Origin: Carpediemonas membranifera BICM
Lineage: Eukaryota; Protista; Fornicata
Assembly (NCBI GenBank): GCA_019828565.1
Contig: JAHDYR010000007.1
Span: 791,333-855,332 of the forward strand
DNA: 64,000 nt
Direction of reading: 5' to 3'
The translations under genes were made by a program, and so were the position numbers. The notes under the pieces were generated by a model. It saw only the letters and a program-made list of their open reading frames with translations, was not told the DNA's origin and did not search any database. Shown here piece by piece: positions 21,212 to 31,797 of this stretch (positions are counted from its first letter, which is position 1; every line of letters begins with the position of its first letter).

Positions 21212-23542
21212 TTACTCACGCCGGGGTCCCGTGATGGAATATCCAGCCCGGTGGAAAAGAACAAGGGCCAGCCCGATAAGAGCAAAGGCGAGTGTCGTGG
21301 GTGACTGTCCGAGGAGGATGCCGGCACCGACAGCGAGCAGGACCTTGGCGAGCATGACGTTGTCGGTCTGGCCGTTGGACGATATGAGGGAGGTCATGGT
21401 GGCTGCGACGGTGTTGATGAGGCCAGTCGCCTGAGGCACGGCGGCAACGGCAGAGGAAACAAGTTGGGCTGCGTCGGCAAGGGGGGCGGGGGCGGGCTGG
21501 GCGGCAGGGGTGAGGGCCGGGGGCTGGGCCACGACGGGGGCCGGGGCAGGTTCCTGGAATGGCGCTGGGAGCGGGGCGGGCACGGGCGCTGGGGCGTGTA
21601 CCGGTGCCGGGGCAGGCGTCGCGGCGGGGGCCGGCTTGGGCTCGACCTTAGGCTGCTTCACGGGCTTCTTCTCCTTGACGAAGTTCTTCTTGAGCTTAAT
21701 GTAGTGGACCTTCCTCGTGGCGCTGGGCAGCAAGACCTTGACGATGCCCTCGTCCTGGGCGGCCTCGCACAACTTGAGCAGCTTGTACCCCTCGATCTGT
21801 CTCACCCTCGGGGCGAACTGGTTGAAGCACGGGGCCAGGGCGGCGAGGGGGACAGCGCAGCCAGGGGAGTCCGCGGTGTCGTTGATGGACCGCACGAGAG
21901 CGGGGAAGAAGGGCCGCACCTGCGTGGCGAAGTGGGCGTCCGCGGAGACCGGTGCGGGGGCCGGCTTGGCGGTCTCGACCGGCGCCGGCGCCTGAAGTGG
22001 GGCGGGGGTGGGCTCGGCGGGCTCACGCACCGGCTCGGGCTCGGGGGCCTTCTTGGGCTCCTCGTGCACCTCTACCACAGGCTCCTCGGGCTGCTGCTCC
22101 TCCTCCTCGGCCTCGGCTTGCACCTCCTCCGTCTCCCGCTCGACCTCCTCCTCCTGCTCGGCCACTACATCCTCGTCCTTGGCGAGCAGGGTCACCGTGT
22201 CCTCGGTCAGGGCGATGAGACCCCTCTCCTGTGCCGCATCGAGGAACAGGCTGAAGCTCTTGTAGTTGGCGCCCAACACGGACTTGCTGAAGTTCCTGTA
22301 GTCGCGCTTCATCACTGACTTGAGCTCGCACAACTGGATGGGCATGCCGGGCTCCGCGATGTGGCGCAGGATCACCTCGAATGCCGTGAAGGGGTCCGCG
22401 TGGGTCGCGGCCGTGGACAGCTCCTTCTCGGCGGCCTCCTCGTCCTCGGTCTCGATGACTACCTCATCCTCCTCGGGCGTCTCGGCGACTGGGGCCGGCT
22501 GGGGAGCAGGAGCGGGGGCAGGTACAGGAGCGGGGGCAGGGGTAGGCTGCTCCTGGCCCTGGGCCGCGGGCTGGGGGACCTTGGGGGCGGTGTAGGGTGT
22601 GGCGGGCAGTGCCAGGAGCTCCCGGCCGACCTGCTCGGGCCCGTCTTCCTCGGTGCCCTCCCTCAGGACCATGAGGCCCGCCTCACACGCCTCAAGGATG
22701 ATGTCCTTGCGGCGCTGGAGGCCAAGGAGGTCGAGGGTCTGTCTGACGTCCTTCCATGCCCGGATGCGGTTGGACAGGTCGCTGAGGGGGTATGCCTTGG
22801 TGCAGGTAGACTCGAGGGCAGTCTTGAGCTCGCCCAGAAGCTTCTGGTGCACGTCCCGACGGAGCTGGGCGAGCCCCTCGTCGTCATACACAGTGCAGCA
22901 CGGCTCGGCCGACGTCGGCTGGACAGCAGCGTCCGCAGACGGAGCAGTGGCCATGGGCATGACAGGATTGTCCTTGGAGCAGAGGCAGATCTGGCTCCTG
23001 TTCGTTGACACGTCGATGACGTTCATCGCCTTCGCGGTGTCAATAAAGTTATTGAAAGTGCGGAAGAGCGGTTGAATTTGATGCACAAGCCCTGCATCCT
23101 TCACTAGGCGTGTGGCGTCTGCGAATGTTATCCATTTGTTGCCAGAGCTGTCGCTTTGGCCCAGTCCATCCTTCAGAGCATTCTCCACAACAGAAACGAA
23201 CCTTGCGAAAACGGAATCCTCGACAACAGCAGCAGCGGGACTCAGTACGGCCTGGGGCACCAGAGCCCGGCATTCGATCCATTGCCCGCGAGGATCTCCA
23301 GTAATGAAGTCGTGATCGATGGCTGCGTTGATGTATTGGTCGTGAGAAGTGACCTTGGGAGACAGATTGAAAGATGAAGAGAGGAGCTTTGCTATAACTG
23401 TCATTCGGGGAATGCGGTTGTCTTTGAATGGGCCTTCACGGTTGTACAGCTCACGGATGCACTTCATGAGCGGAATAAAGTCCCTCTCTTCCCACTGAAC
23501 GTCTTCTTCGGTTGTGTCCGTGCGATTCATGTAGCGTTCCAT
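21212..23542 (-). CDS. Protein with about five putative LOTUS/OST-HTH domains, Pro/Ala/Glu linkers and a C-terminal membrane anchor
   Basis: Repeated motif such as YKSFSLFLDAAQERGLIAL, FRTFNNFIDTAKAMNVIDV, YKLLKLCEAAQDEGIVKV; hydrophobic C-terminus. The ORF is secure, the domain call is by eye. Confidence 0.65.
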   Translation of the reverse strand: MERYMNRTDTTEEDVQWEERDFIPLMKCIRELYNREGPFKDNRIPRMTVIAKLLSSSFNLSPKVTSHDQYINAAIDHDFITGDPRGQWIECRALVPQAVLSPAAAVVEDSVFARFVSVVENALKDGLGQSDSSGNKWITFADATRLVKDAGLVHQIQPLFRTFNNFIDTAKAMNVIDVSTNRSQICLCSKDNPVMPMATAPSADAAVQPTSAEPCCTVYDDEGLAQLRRDVHQKLLGELKTALESTCTKAYPLSDLSNRIRAWKDVRQTLDLLGLQRRKDIILEACEAGLMVLREGTEEDGPEQVGRELLALPATPYTAPKVPQPAAQGQEQPTPAPAPVPAPAPAPQPAPVAETPEEDEVVIETEDEEAAEKELSTAATHADPFTAFEVILRHIAEPGMPIQLCELKSVMKRDYRNFSKSVLGANYKSFSLFLDAAQERGLIALTEDTVTLLAKDEDVVAEQEEEVERETEEVQAEAEEEEQQPEEPVVEVHEEPKKAPEPEPVREPAEPTPAPLQAPAPVETAKPAPAPVSADAHFATQVRPFFPALVRSINDTADSPGCAVPLAALAPCFNQFAPRVRQIEGYKLLKLCEAAQDEGIVKVLLPSATRKVHYIKLKKNFVKEKKPVKQPKVEPKPAPAATPAPAPVHAPAPVPAPLPAPFQEPAPAPVVAQPPALTPAAQPAPAPLADAAQLVSSAVAAVPQATGLINTVAATMTSLISSNGQTDNVMLAKVLLAVGAGILLGQSPTTLAFALIGLALVLFHRAGYSITGPRRE

Positions 23543-23885
23543 TTCTTTCGTCTTTTCGCGTGTCGTGTTGCGCGTGATCAATCAGATGATCAGATGTCAG
23601 GCGTGAGAATCGATCTGCTGTGAAATGAGATTGATCCAGTGGTAAGATCGTGTCTAAGCCTGATCGGATCTCGAGCGGTGGCCGGACTTGCCTTGCCTTC
23701 TCTGGACAGACTGCTCAGTTCTTCAAGCTCGCTCGTCGGGAAAGGAACAAAGGCCACACTTTAGAACCAGCTGACCCGTGATGCTGCGCCTAGCCAGGCC
23801 TTCTTGCCCGGTATACTTGTCACGTAAATGACGTAAACCGAGTGCATTGCGATCGAAGGTCGTTGGACAGCTCAATTCCTGAAGA

Positions 23886-25067
23886 ATGAGCGAGGAAGTC
23901 GGAAAGAGGAAGAGCTTGGAGCTCCCGATTCCAATTGATGACGTGAAAATGCCCGCCGTCCTCAAGGAAACGCTGGTTAAGCGAAAGATCGCTGAACTCT
24001 TCCCAGTCCAGCGTGCGATGGTAGATGCGCTGTTCTCAGGAACTTCTGGCCAGATTTCCTGCAATTCCCGCCGCGACATCGCCATTCTCTCCCCCACGGG
24101 CTCTGGAAAGACACTTTCCTACATCATCCCCCTCATCATGGGCATCCAGACGGACCTGGAGGTCCTTCAAGCCATAGTAGTCGCCCCCACCCGCCTCCTA
24201 GCCGCCCAAGTCCTCGAAGAAATGGTGAAGTTCCTCCCCCGCTGCAACGTGTCCAACGGGACGAACGCGCACAGAGCCCATGCCCTGGTACTCACCCCGG
24301 GCAAGCTCGTCGACCTCCTCCCTACCCTTTCGCCCACCCACCTCCGCTTCCTGGTGTTTGACGAGGCCGACCGACTCATGGCCGAGTCGTACTTTTCCTG
24401 GCTCCGGCAGCTCGACGGCTGGCTGCCCGCCTGGGCTGATGCGACCCCAGCGAACCGGACAAGGCGCCAGATGAGGCGGATAGTAGTCAGCGCGACTCTC
24501 ACCGACGCCCACGTCTCCAGACTTGGCCTAAGGATGCACATCTCGGTTCAGCCGTACGGCACCGGCTGCCAGGTCCCCGCAACCATCGCTGAGTCCATGG
24601 TCGAGTGCGAGTACGACTCGGAGAAGCTCCATGCCCTCAAGGCGGTGCTGAATGAGCCCGACATGAAGCGGGTCGTCATATTCGTGAGCCAGCGCGATGC
24701 CGTCTCCCGCCTGGCCGCAGAATTGGCAACGACGTTCCCTAATGCAAAGGACGCGACGCGTGGGCTGAAGAGCGGTGACAAATCTGACATGATTATTGTC
24801 ACGTCCGACGGTCTGACCCGCGGTATCGACTTCGACTCGTATCACGTGGTCCAGTACGACGCGCCGACCCATCAGCAGACGTACGTGCACCGTATCGGCC
24901 GTACTGGGCGAGCCTACGAGCGGGGTCGGGCAGTGACCTTGGCGACAAAGAAGCAGATGCGGGGGGCGCTCGGGGTTATCCGGAAGGTCAGCCGGACGGG
25001 AGAAATTGCCATGAGGCACTGGGATTCGGAGTCGATGTGCGTCGTGGATGCGGATAAAAAAGCTTAA
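23886..25067 (+). CDS. Minimal DEAD-box RNA helicase (Dbp6/DDX51-like)
   Basis: LFPVQ, SPTGSGKT, PTRLLA, TPGKL, DEAD, SAT, RGID, HRIGRTGR. Confidence 0.9.
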   Translation: MSEEVGKRKSLELPIPIDDVKMPAVLKETLVKRKIAELFPVQRAMVDALFSGTSGQISCNSRRDIAILSPTGSGKTLSYIIPLIMGIQTDLEVLQAIVVAPTRLLAAQVLEEMVKFLPRCNVSNGTNAHRAHALVLTPGKLVDLLPTLSPTHLRFLVFDEADRLMAESYFSWLRQLDGWLPAWADATPANRTRRQMRRIVVSATLTDAHVSRLGLRMHISVQPYGTGCQVPATIAESMVECEYDSEKLHALKAVLNEPDMKRVVIFVSQRDAVSRLAAELATTFPNAKDATRGLKSGDKSDMIIVTSDGLTRGIDFDSYHVVQYDAPTHQQTYVHRIGRTGRAYERGRAVTLATKKQMRGALGVIRKVSRTGEIAMRHWDSESMCVVDADKKA

Positions 25068-25133
25068 ATTTCCTTAATTCTGGAGATTTAGGTGGTTTTT
25101 GGCAGGAAAACCAAGAAGCAAGTGAATTGAGAC

Positions 25134-26045
25134 ATGTACGGTCTAGCTAGCGCTAAGCCTAAATTTGGATCAGTAAGACTACCAAGAAGAGCACAAGATG
25201 ATGTTCCTAACGGCTCTGTACATCCCGATGGGAAGAAGTATGAGCTGTCCGACTTCGATATTGGCAAACAGATAGGGCAAGGCAAAGTAGGCACCGTTTA
25301 TGCTGCTCGTGAGAAGGAATCCGGCTTCATTGTTGCTCTGAAGGAGATGAGCAAGAAGCAGCTCGCCGCGGAAGGTTTCAAAATCGTGGCAGTCCGCGAG
25401 ATCGACGTGCACTCGCGACTCCAGCACCCGAACATCCTCCGCTTCTACGGCTACTTCCACGATGCCGACAAGATCTACTTCATCCTCGAGTATGCCGGCG
25501 GGGGCGAGCTCTACCACGAGCTAAAGCACCGGCACCACTTCGATGAGCCCACAGCGGCGCGGTACACATACCAAATCGCCTCTGCACTCAACTACCTGCA
25601 TAAGAACCGGAGTGTGCATCGCGACCTCAAGCCCGAGAACATTCTAATCGACATCGACGGGAACCTCAAGCTCGCCGACTTCGGCTGGGCCTGCCGCCTC
25701 GCCGACGGCCCCAACGCCTCCCGCCGCTCCACGCTGTGCGGCACGCTGGACTATCTGCCGCCCGAGATGGTCAAGGGCCAGTCATACGACGAGAAGGTCG
25801 ACACCTGGGCCCTGGGTGTCATGCTTTACGAGTTCCTTGTGGGAGACCCGCCCTTCCTCGCCGAGGAGTACAAGAAGACATATGAGATGATCTGCAACGT
25901 CAAGCTCCCGCCGATGCCGGCGTATGTGTCGGCCGAGGCGAAGGACTTGATCAGCAAGCTGTGCAGGTCAATGGCGTCGAAGCGACTCAGCCTGCAGGCC
26001 GTGCTTGAGCACCCCTTCATCACCAAGTACAACAAGCAGAGGTAG
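25134..26045 (+). CDS. Aurora kinase
   Basis: DFDIGKQIGQGK, HPNILR, DFGW, RRSTLCGTLDYLPPEM. Confidence 0.93.
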   Translation: MYGLASAKPKFGSVRLPRRAQDDVPNGSVHPDGKKYELSDFDIGKQIGQGKVGTVYAAREKESGFIVALKEMSKKQLAAEGFKIVAVREIDVHSRLQHPNILRFYGYFHDADKIYFILEYAGGGELYHELKHRHHFDEPTAARYTYQIASALNYLHKNRSVHRDLKPENILIDIDGNLKLADFGWACRLADGPNASRRSTLCGTLDYLPPEMVKGQSYDEKVDTWALGVMLYEFLVGDPPFLAEEYKKTYEMICNVKLPPMPAYVSAEAKDLISKLCRSMASKRLSLQAVLEHPFITKYNKQR

Positions 26046-26141
26046 GGTGGTTGTACCCCTTGCCCGCGAAGGCTTGTCATCTGTAACTGGACGGTGGTCG
26101 TAAACATTCGTATGAGGTCGCTACATTTATAACCGCGAGAT

Positions 26142-27603
26142 CTACCACACAGTGCCCGCGGGTTTCGCGCACTCCTTGACCCCCACCGCAGTGGGCCTGC
26201 CGCGTGCCCTGAACCAGCGGCCTGCTGGGTCTCGAAAGGCCACGCTGACACTGCGAACAGGACAAAGGTGAGTCGCCTCGAACGGCACGGCATATTCACC
26301 CAGCCCGTCTGACCAGCGGTCGACGCCTCGGCCACCCATGCGCTGCGGAACTCATCGCAGTAGAAGCCTTTGACGCCATCATACTCGGGAAAGACGAGCG
26401 GGGTGGGTGCGAGGCAGTCATCAAATGATTTGAACCCGGGGAGGAGACGGCTTCGGACAAGGGGCCGAGGGACCTCGCCAGCGAACAGAAGACGGCCGCC
26501 ACTGAGGAAGACGCTGAATATGTGGGATGAAGTGACGACCTTCTCCACCCTGAAGGGCAGGTCGACGAAACCGTTGACTGCGCCGCGGTGCCCGAGGCCG
26601 AGTTGGCCGCTGTTGTTCGACACCGCCAATCATTTGATGGGAGGCGCTGCTTAGAATCACAGTGAACTCGCCGCGTCATGATGCGGTCTGGTGCAAACGC
26701 ATCAGGCAGGGCGACGGGGCAGAACCGACTATCCCCGTCGAAGCCCTGCCCGACCATGGACATATCTGACACCAGCGCATGCTTCTCCCAAGTAGGCAGG
26801 CGTTCTTCATAGTCTTCCAACTCGGGACACCCAGCAAACCTCAGCCGGCCAGGCTGGGAGACCAGCCCTCGTTCGCCTGGCATCATGCAGCCCAGCTGCA
26901 TCGGATCACCCCATCCCCAGAGCCCCTTGACCGTCTGGGCGACGACGGAGGTCCGGTCGCAGTGGAGGGAGACCACCGGAGGCACCCTGACCCTGGTGAG
27001 CTTGATATGTCTGGGTAACTTAGTAGCTTCGAACACCCTGCCCGCGTAGAGACGGTGGGAGAGGCTGGGGCTGGGCGCGGTCACGCCGTCCTTCGCGGCA
27101 ACGGTGCAGGTGAGGAGGAGCTTTCTGCATAGGAACCAGGGGAGCTTGTCCGCTTGGCTGTACGCGGTCTCGGCGGGTTGAGTGCCCTCGAGGTCTGGGT
27201 CGGCGCCGCTCTCGACGAGCAAAGCCCACAGCGTTCCCTGGAGCAGGGTGTGCAGGGCGACCGGGAGCTCCTCGCCCTCCGCGAGCTCGATGTTCATGGA
27301 CAGCGGGGGGCCGTCTGCGAGGATCGAGCGGGCGCGGTCGAGGAGAACTTGTGCGGTCGGAGCGAGAGGGGGGATCTCTGAGAGCATGGCGATGAGGGAT
27401 TCGAGCATAGTAGTGTCAGCTGGTGGAGAATGCGACCCTGCATTGCGAATTGAGTGCATATTCTCGTGGAAGTGCCTGGAGTAGGCATGAGCGAGGAGAC
27501 TGGGGATGTCTCCGGGGATCCTGGCCGTAGCGGCGGTGGAAAGCTGATATGCGGCGATCAACGCCGCTTTGACGTCAACTGGCACAGAAATTGGAGCGTC
27601 CAT
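26142..27603 (-). pseudogene. Frameshifted RCC1-like/beta-propeller family gene
   Basis: GLWGWG..QLG and NNSGQLGLGH motifs. The reading is split over several frames, with shifts near 26673, 26622 and 26325. Confidence 0.65.
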
Positions 27604-27929
27604 GCTTCTAAGCGCTCAGTCTGCTCGTCGCTATCTTGTGCTGGAGTCGGGACTCGCCGACCGCCGGCCTCACCTTTCGGATGTTGGTCTGCCCCGATCC
27701 GAGTCCTATGAGTATTCTGGGCAGCTGGGTGGTCCTTCCATTTCTGATGTCAGGACGCGAGCGGCAAGGTCAAGGCACTCACACCCAGCCCCAGCAACGG
27801 GCAGCCCAGGATCAACTAACTCTTGGACGTACGCATGCAGCACATGCCTATTCCTGACGTTGACTGATGGGTGGCATGGCGACTCCGCAAGTCACACGAA
27901 ACAGCATCATCGAACATCACAGAACAACA

Positions 27930-29174
27930 ATGGCCGCTCCTGATACAGGCGGGAAAGAGATTTTCATCAGTGAAAGGCCTTCAGAAAAGCACTCGAAGCC
28001 CATAGTCATCGCACCTGTTGACCATTCCTCCAGTGGGGTGCTGAAGGATGTGTATATCTCACAGAGACCGCATGCTACCGCCAATACACACAATACAAGC
28101 ATTGAAAAACTGTATGGAGCAGACTATGCGAGCAAAGAGGACAAGAAGCCCGTTGACGCGCCGTATTACTCGTTGGCATCGACGCACGACTTCGCGGCCG
28201 TGCAGCACACGCCCCGCAACCAGGAGGCGCTGGCAACACTGAGCAACAAGCGCAGGCGTGCTCAATCAGCTACAATTTTCACCAAGCATAAGTCTGAAAT
28301 CGCTGCACTCGACGCCAAGCGGGCCGAGAAGGTTGAAGAAGCCGAACGAAAGAAGCTCGAGGCCGCAGAACTTGCAGAAAAGGTCAAGTTCAAGTGCAAG
28401 AAGGACCACGCCCCCATTAGCCGCAGACTGTCGACAGCCACCACGGGGAAGCCCAAGGCAAAGAAGCCGTGGTGGACCATGACCACCGCTGACGCCGGGA
28501 AGAAGCTGATGGGGCGAGAGGAGATGGATCTGCTGGAATTTGCGGCGGGGCTTGATTTGGAGGAGTATCTCGACAACGAGGCGGTGCTGGGTGCACTGGA
28601 GACCATCAAGGACGTCATAATGCCGAAGGAGCCGGAGCCAGAGCCTGAACCAGTGCCGGAGCAGGAAGCCGTGGTAGAGCAGGAGGAAGCTGTACTGGAC
28701 GACGACACTGAGGACCACCCGCACCCCGAGCCCGCTCTCGGGGCGACCCAGCGCATGCAGGACACCCGCGCCCCCTCTGCCGTCCCCGCCCGCCCCCGGT
28801 CACGGCCGGCACCCGTACCTGAGCCAGTCATCGAGCAGACGATCTCCCACACGCGTCGCCGCGCCCCCACTGTGTTCGACGAGGCGGCCCCCGTGGACCT
28901 CGTCCGTCGGCTGACCCGGGTCCACAGCGCGGCGTCCATCCGGCGAGTGATGCAGACCGGGTCCGGGGCCATAGTGGACGAGACGATGAAGACGGGGAAG
29001 GTGGGCGTACAGGGCGACACGGTGGTGGTGCGGCACGACCCCGCGGACGACCTGCAGTACAGCACGATGGACGTGACTAATACTACGCAGATGAGGATCA
29101 TCCAGCGGAGGCAGCGGGCGGCGTTCGAGGACCCCGGGACCCTACCCTACCTGTATAGGAACCCGGCGATCTAG
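27930..29174 (+). CDS. Hypothetical protein (coiled coil, KPWW...LLEFAAGLD motif, C-terminal LPYLYRNPAI)
   Basis: Long coding-like ORF followed by CGTAAA at 29207. Confidence 0.75.
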   Translation: MAAPDTGGKEIFISERPSEKHSKPIVIAPVDHSSSGVLKDVYISQRPHATANTHNTSIEKLYGADYASKEDKKPVDAPYYSLASTHDFAAVQHTPRNQEALATLSNKRRRAQSATIFTKHKSEIAALDAKRAEKVEEAERKKLEAAELAEKVKFKCKKDHAPISRRLSTATTGKPKAKKPWWTMTTADAGKKLMGREEMDLLEFAAGLDLEEYLDNEAVLGALETIKDVIMPKEPEPEPEPVPEQEAVVEQEEAVLDDDTEDHPHPEPALGATQRMQDTRAPSAVPARPRSRPAPVPEPVIEQTISHTRRRAPTVFDEAAPVDLVRRLTRVHSAASIRRVMQTGSGAIVDETMKTGKVGVQGDTVVVRHDPADDLQYSTMDVTNTTQMRIIQRRQRAAFEDPGTLPYLYRNPAI

Positions 29175-29528
29175 GCAGCGGCATCGCCCCGTCACTGTCC
29201 ATATTACGTAAAGCTGCCGCTGTTACTTCGCGAGGACGGTGGTCTGTGTCATCTGGCCGGTCCAGCTTGACGTATGAACATCCGGCATAGGGCTTGTGGT
29301 GGAGGCCGGTATATCTCCCACCGACTAGAGGTGGGTAGTAGGGTGACAGGGCAGTGTTGCGCAGTATAAAACACTTTGTTCGACCCAACGAGCCTTATCG
29401 ATTTATGTATGTGCATTATTTATTACGTAACCGGTCCCACCGGGCCAACAGTAATGGTGTCACAACGCCGTTTCTGTGGCCAACTCGGCACAGAGCTGAA
29501 CCAATTAATACTACATCTATGCATAGCC

Positions 29529-30152
29529 TCAGTCGTCTACGAGGTCAGAGGGTACCTGCATGACAGGCACAGCCGCCGTCTTCGCCCCGAATGCTGCGTT
29601 AAACTGCTCCATGACACTCTGCACCTGACTGTCGAGCGAGTCGTCCCCATGGGCCCCTGCCGCGCTCACCATGGCCATCCGGAGCTGGAGCTCCTCGTTC
29701 CTCGCCACCATCGCCTGCATCTCCTCGACACGGCGCTGTTCGGCGACATCCATGTCGTGTTGGAGCTGCAGGAGCTGACGCCGCTTGCCGTTGAGGTGGC
29801 TGGCGAGCGAATCAACTCTGTTCCCACACTCTGTGACTGCTCTCTTCTCCCGCTCGATATCGGCGCGGAGTCGTTCTTGCTCTGCCAGGAGACGTTGCTC
29901 CGCACGGCCGGCAGTGTCAATTTTCTCGTCCGCAAGCCGAGAAAGCTTAGAAATATTGGCATCAAGATGCTTCTCCGCTTGTGCTGTGATGCTCATTGTT
30001 TGAATTTCGCCAATTCCGGCGATGTAGGCGTCGTCCTCGGCCATAATAGCCGCCACCTTGGATCTCACGGCACTGGCGGTATCAATCATCCGATGTACGC
30101 CTTGCATATCATCTCGTACAACAGCAAATTCGCCATTCTTCTCGATCGCCAT
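29529..30152 (-). CDS. Coiled-coil hypothetical protein
   Basis: E/Q/R-rich heptads; GATC cluster upstream. Confidence 0.7.
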   Translation of the reverse strand: MAIEKNGEFAVVRDDMQGVHRMIDTASAVRSKVAAIMAEDDAYIAGIGEIQTMSITAQAEKHLDANISKLSRLADEKIDTAGRAEQRLLAEQERLRADIEREKRAVTECGNRVDSLASHLNGKRRQLLQLQHDMDVAEQRRVEEMQAMVARNEELQLRMAMVSAAGAHGDDSLDSQVQSVMEQFNAAFGAKTAAVPVMQVPSDLVDD

Positions 30153-30311
30153 CTTGATCGCGAGGCATGCCTTAAAAATGCGGCATCGAAATGGCGCCAC
30201 CCTGGATCGTGTGGGCGATCAATAGCACGTGCGGATCCAATCCACGCACCCAGTAACACGCCCAACCCATTCCCTCAACCCCCCTACGTTGCTAATGTAT
30301 CATTTATCGCG

Positions 30312-31715
30312 TCACCTGCTGAGTTCATGTAGCGAGACGTACGTCCCCTTGTCCTCAACCAAGTCCATTACCTCAGCGTCCAGCACTGACCCGACGTCGT
30401 CAAACGCCGAGCGGAGGGGGTTTCCGTCAGTAAAGGCGTACAACGGCTGGGCGTGTTCAATCCGCTTGGCATATCGCCTAGATCGCCACTCACCGATCGC
30501 TAGCCCACCCAGCATGAAGCAGGGGAACGTGCTGAAGATAGGAATGAGCAGGGCAGTCATCGCGATGAAGAATATCAGCAAGATCGACCACACACTGTCC
30601 GTCTCTGACCCAAAAGTGCACCCTAGTGATTCGTAGTACGCCCATGGGTCCTTGGAGTGCCGCACGATGATCTCAAGATCGTCTGCTGAATCTGTTGGGG
30701 TGGGTGACTCGCACAGTGCAGTCAAGAACAACGTGCGGTTGACGTAAGATGATATCGCGTCCGAGTCGTATATTCCCGCCTCCTTCATGCTATCCCCAGT
30801 GAGCTCGTTGTCTCCGTTGAGCTGCAGTACAATGGGGCTTTCTATCTCCTTGAGGCTGTGGCAGAAGTCGAGGTCACATCCATCGCCAGTGTATGTCCCC
30901 CCGTACTGGTTGGCACAGAGCTGCTTGCACCGCACGACTGCGGACGAGTCGCCCTCATCACACGCTACCGGCCTCACATATACGCCGTGTGCGTCGAGTC
31001 TGCTGCTCCAGTTCCGCGTGATGAAGCGAACTGTGTCAAGCTCGTCCGTGAGAACGGTCGACCCGGACCTCACGGCCACGCGGTGGGTGTACTGGCTCTT
31101 CCACTCGTTGTCGTCGTCGCACTCGCCGTTGGGGAGGCGGACGGTGGTTGCGCTGTCGAGGAAGTCGACCGCGTGGATGAAATCGTTCGTGGGGAGGTCG
31201 GATTCGGCGATATCGTCGGTAATCTGGCTGTATTTGGAGATAGCTTGGTTGGTGACCACACTGAACGAGGTGTAGCTCGCGCCGTCACCAGAAACGGCAA
31301 GGGTCGTGGCGATGGTCGCTAGGTCGTCCACGTAATCAGACCATCCCGAAGCCAGGCTCTTGAAGTGCTCAACTCTGTCTGAATACGGATTGCTGGTGAT
31401 TTTCTGGATGCAGACGGCCGCAGTCGTGAGGAAGATGCAGAGGAGAACGAAACCGGTCAGCATGAAGCATACGGTCACTCGAAACGCCACGCTGTTCTTC
31501 AGAACCATTATTAACCTAAATGCCTTCTTTGGGAGTCCATTAGTGAGGTGAATAGCATCCTTCTCGTTGTTCATTGCTTTCGTTCCTGAACCATCAGTCG
31601 CCAAGTCATCCGCCCGAGAGGAAACGAGTGTGAGGCCCTGACCGCCGACATATAGCAGTCCGGTAACGTCGGTGTCTCCTCGCTTGCCCGGGTCGACCCT
31701 TGTCGGGAGCCTCAT
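30312..31715 (-). CDS. Membrane protein with two TM regions flanking a Cys-containing exposed domain
   Basis: Hydrophobic FRVTVCFMLTGFVLLCIFL and WSILLIFFIAMTALL. Start uncertain. Confidence 0.7.
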   Translation of the reverse strand: MRLPTRVDPGKRGDTDVTGLLYVGGQGLTLVSSRADDLATDGSGTKAMNNEKDAIHLTNGLPKKAFRLIMVLKNSVAFRVTVCFMLTGFVLLCIFLTTAAVCIQKITSNPYSDRVEHFKSLASGWSDYVDDLATIATTLAVSGDGASYTSFSVVTNQAISKYSQITDDIAESDLPTNDFIHAVDFLDSATTVRLPNGECDDDNEWKSQYTHRVAVRSGSTVLTDELDTVRFITRNWSSRLDAHGVYVRPVACDEGDSSAVVRCKQLCANQYGGTYTGDGCDLDFCHSLKEIESPIVLQLNGDNELTGDSMKEAGIYDSDAISSYVNRTLFLTALCESPTPTDSADDLEIIVRHSKDPWAYYESLGCTFGSETDSVWSILLIFFIAMTALLIPIFSTFPCFMLGGLAIGEWRSRRYAKRIEHAQPLYAFTDGNPLRSAFDDVGSVLDAEVMDLVEDKGTYVSLHELSR

Positions 31716-31797
31716 CGTGTCATGATGCGGCGAAGACAACTCAAAATACCACACAGTGCACACCAGGCTTTACGGTCTATCATACACATCCTCGCCC

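Noticed and set aside
29529-30152. Coiled-coil protein as a kinetochore Spc24/25-like subunit
   Set aside because: Only generic heptads; no RWD-like C-terminal domain evident.
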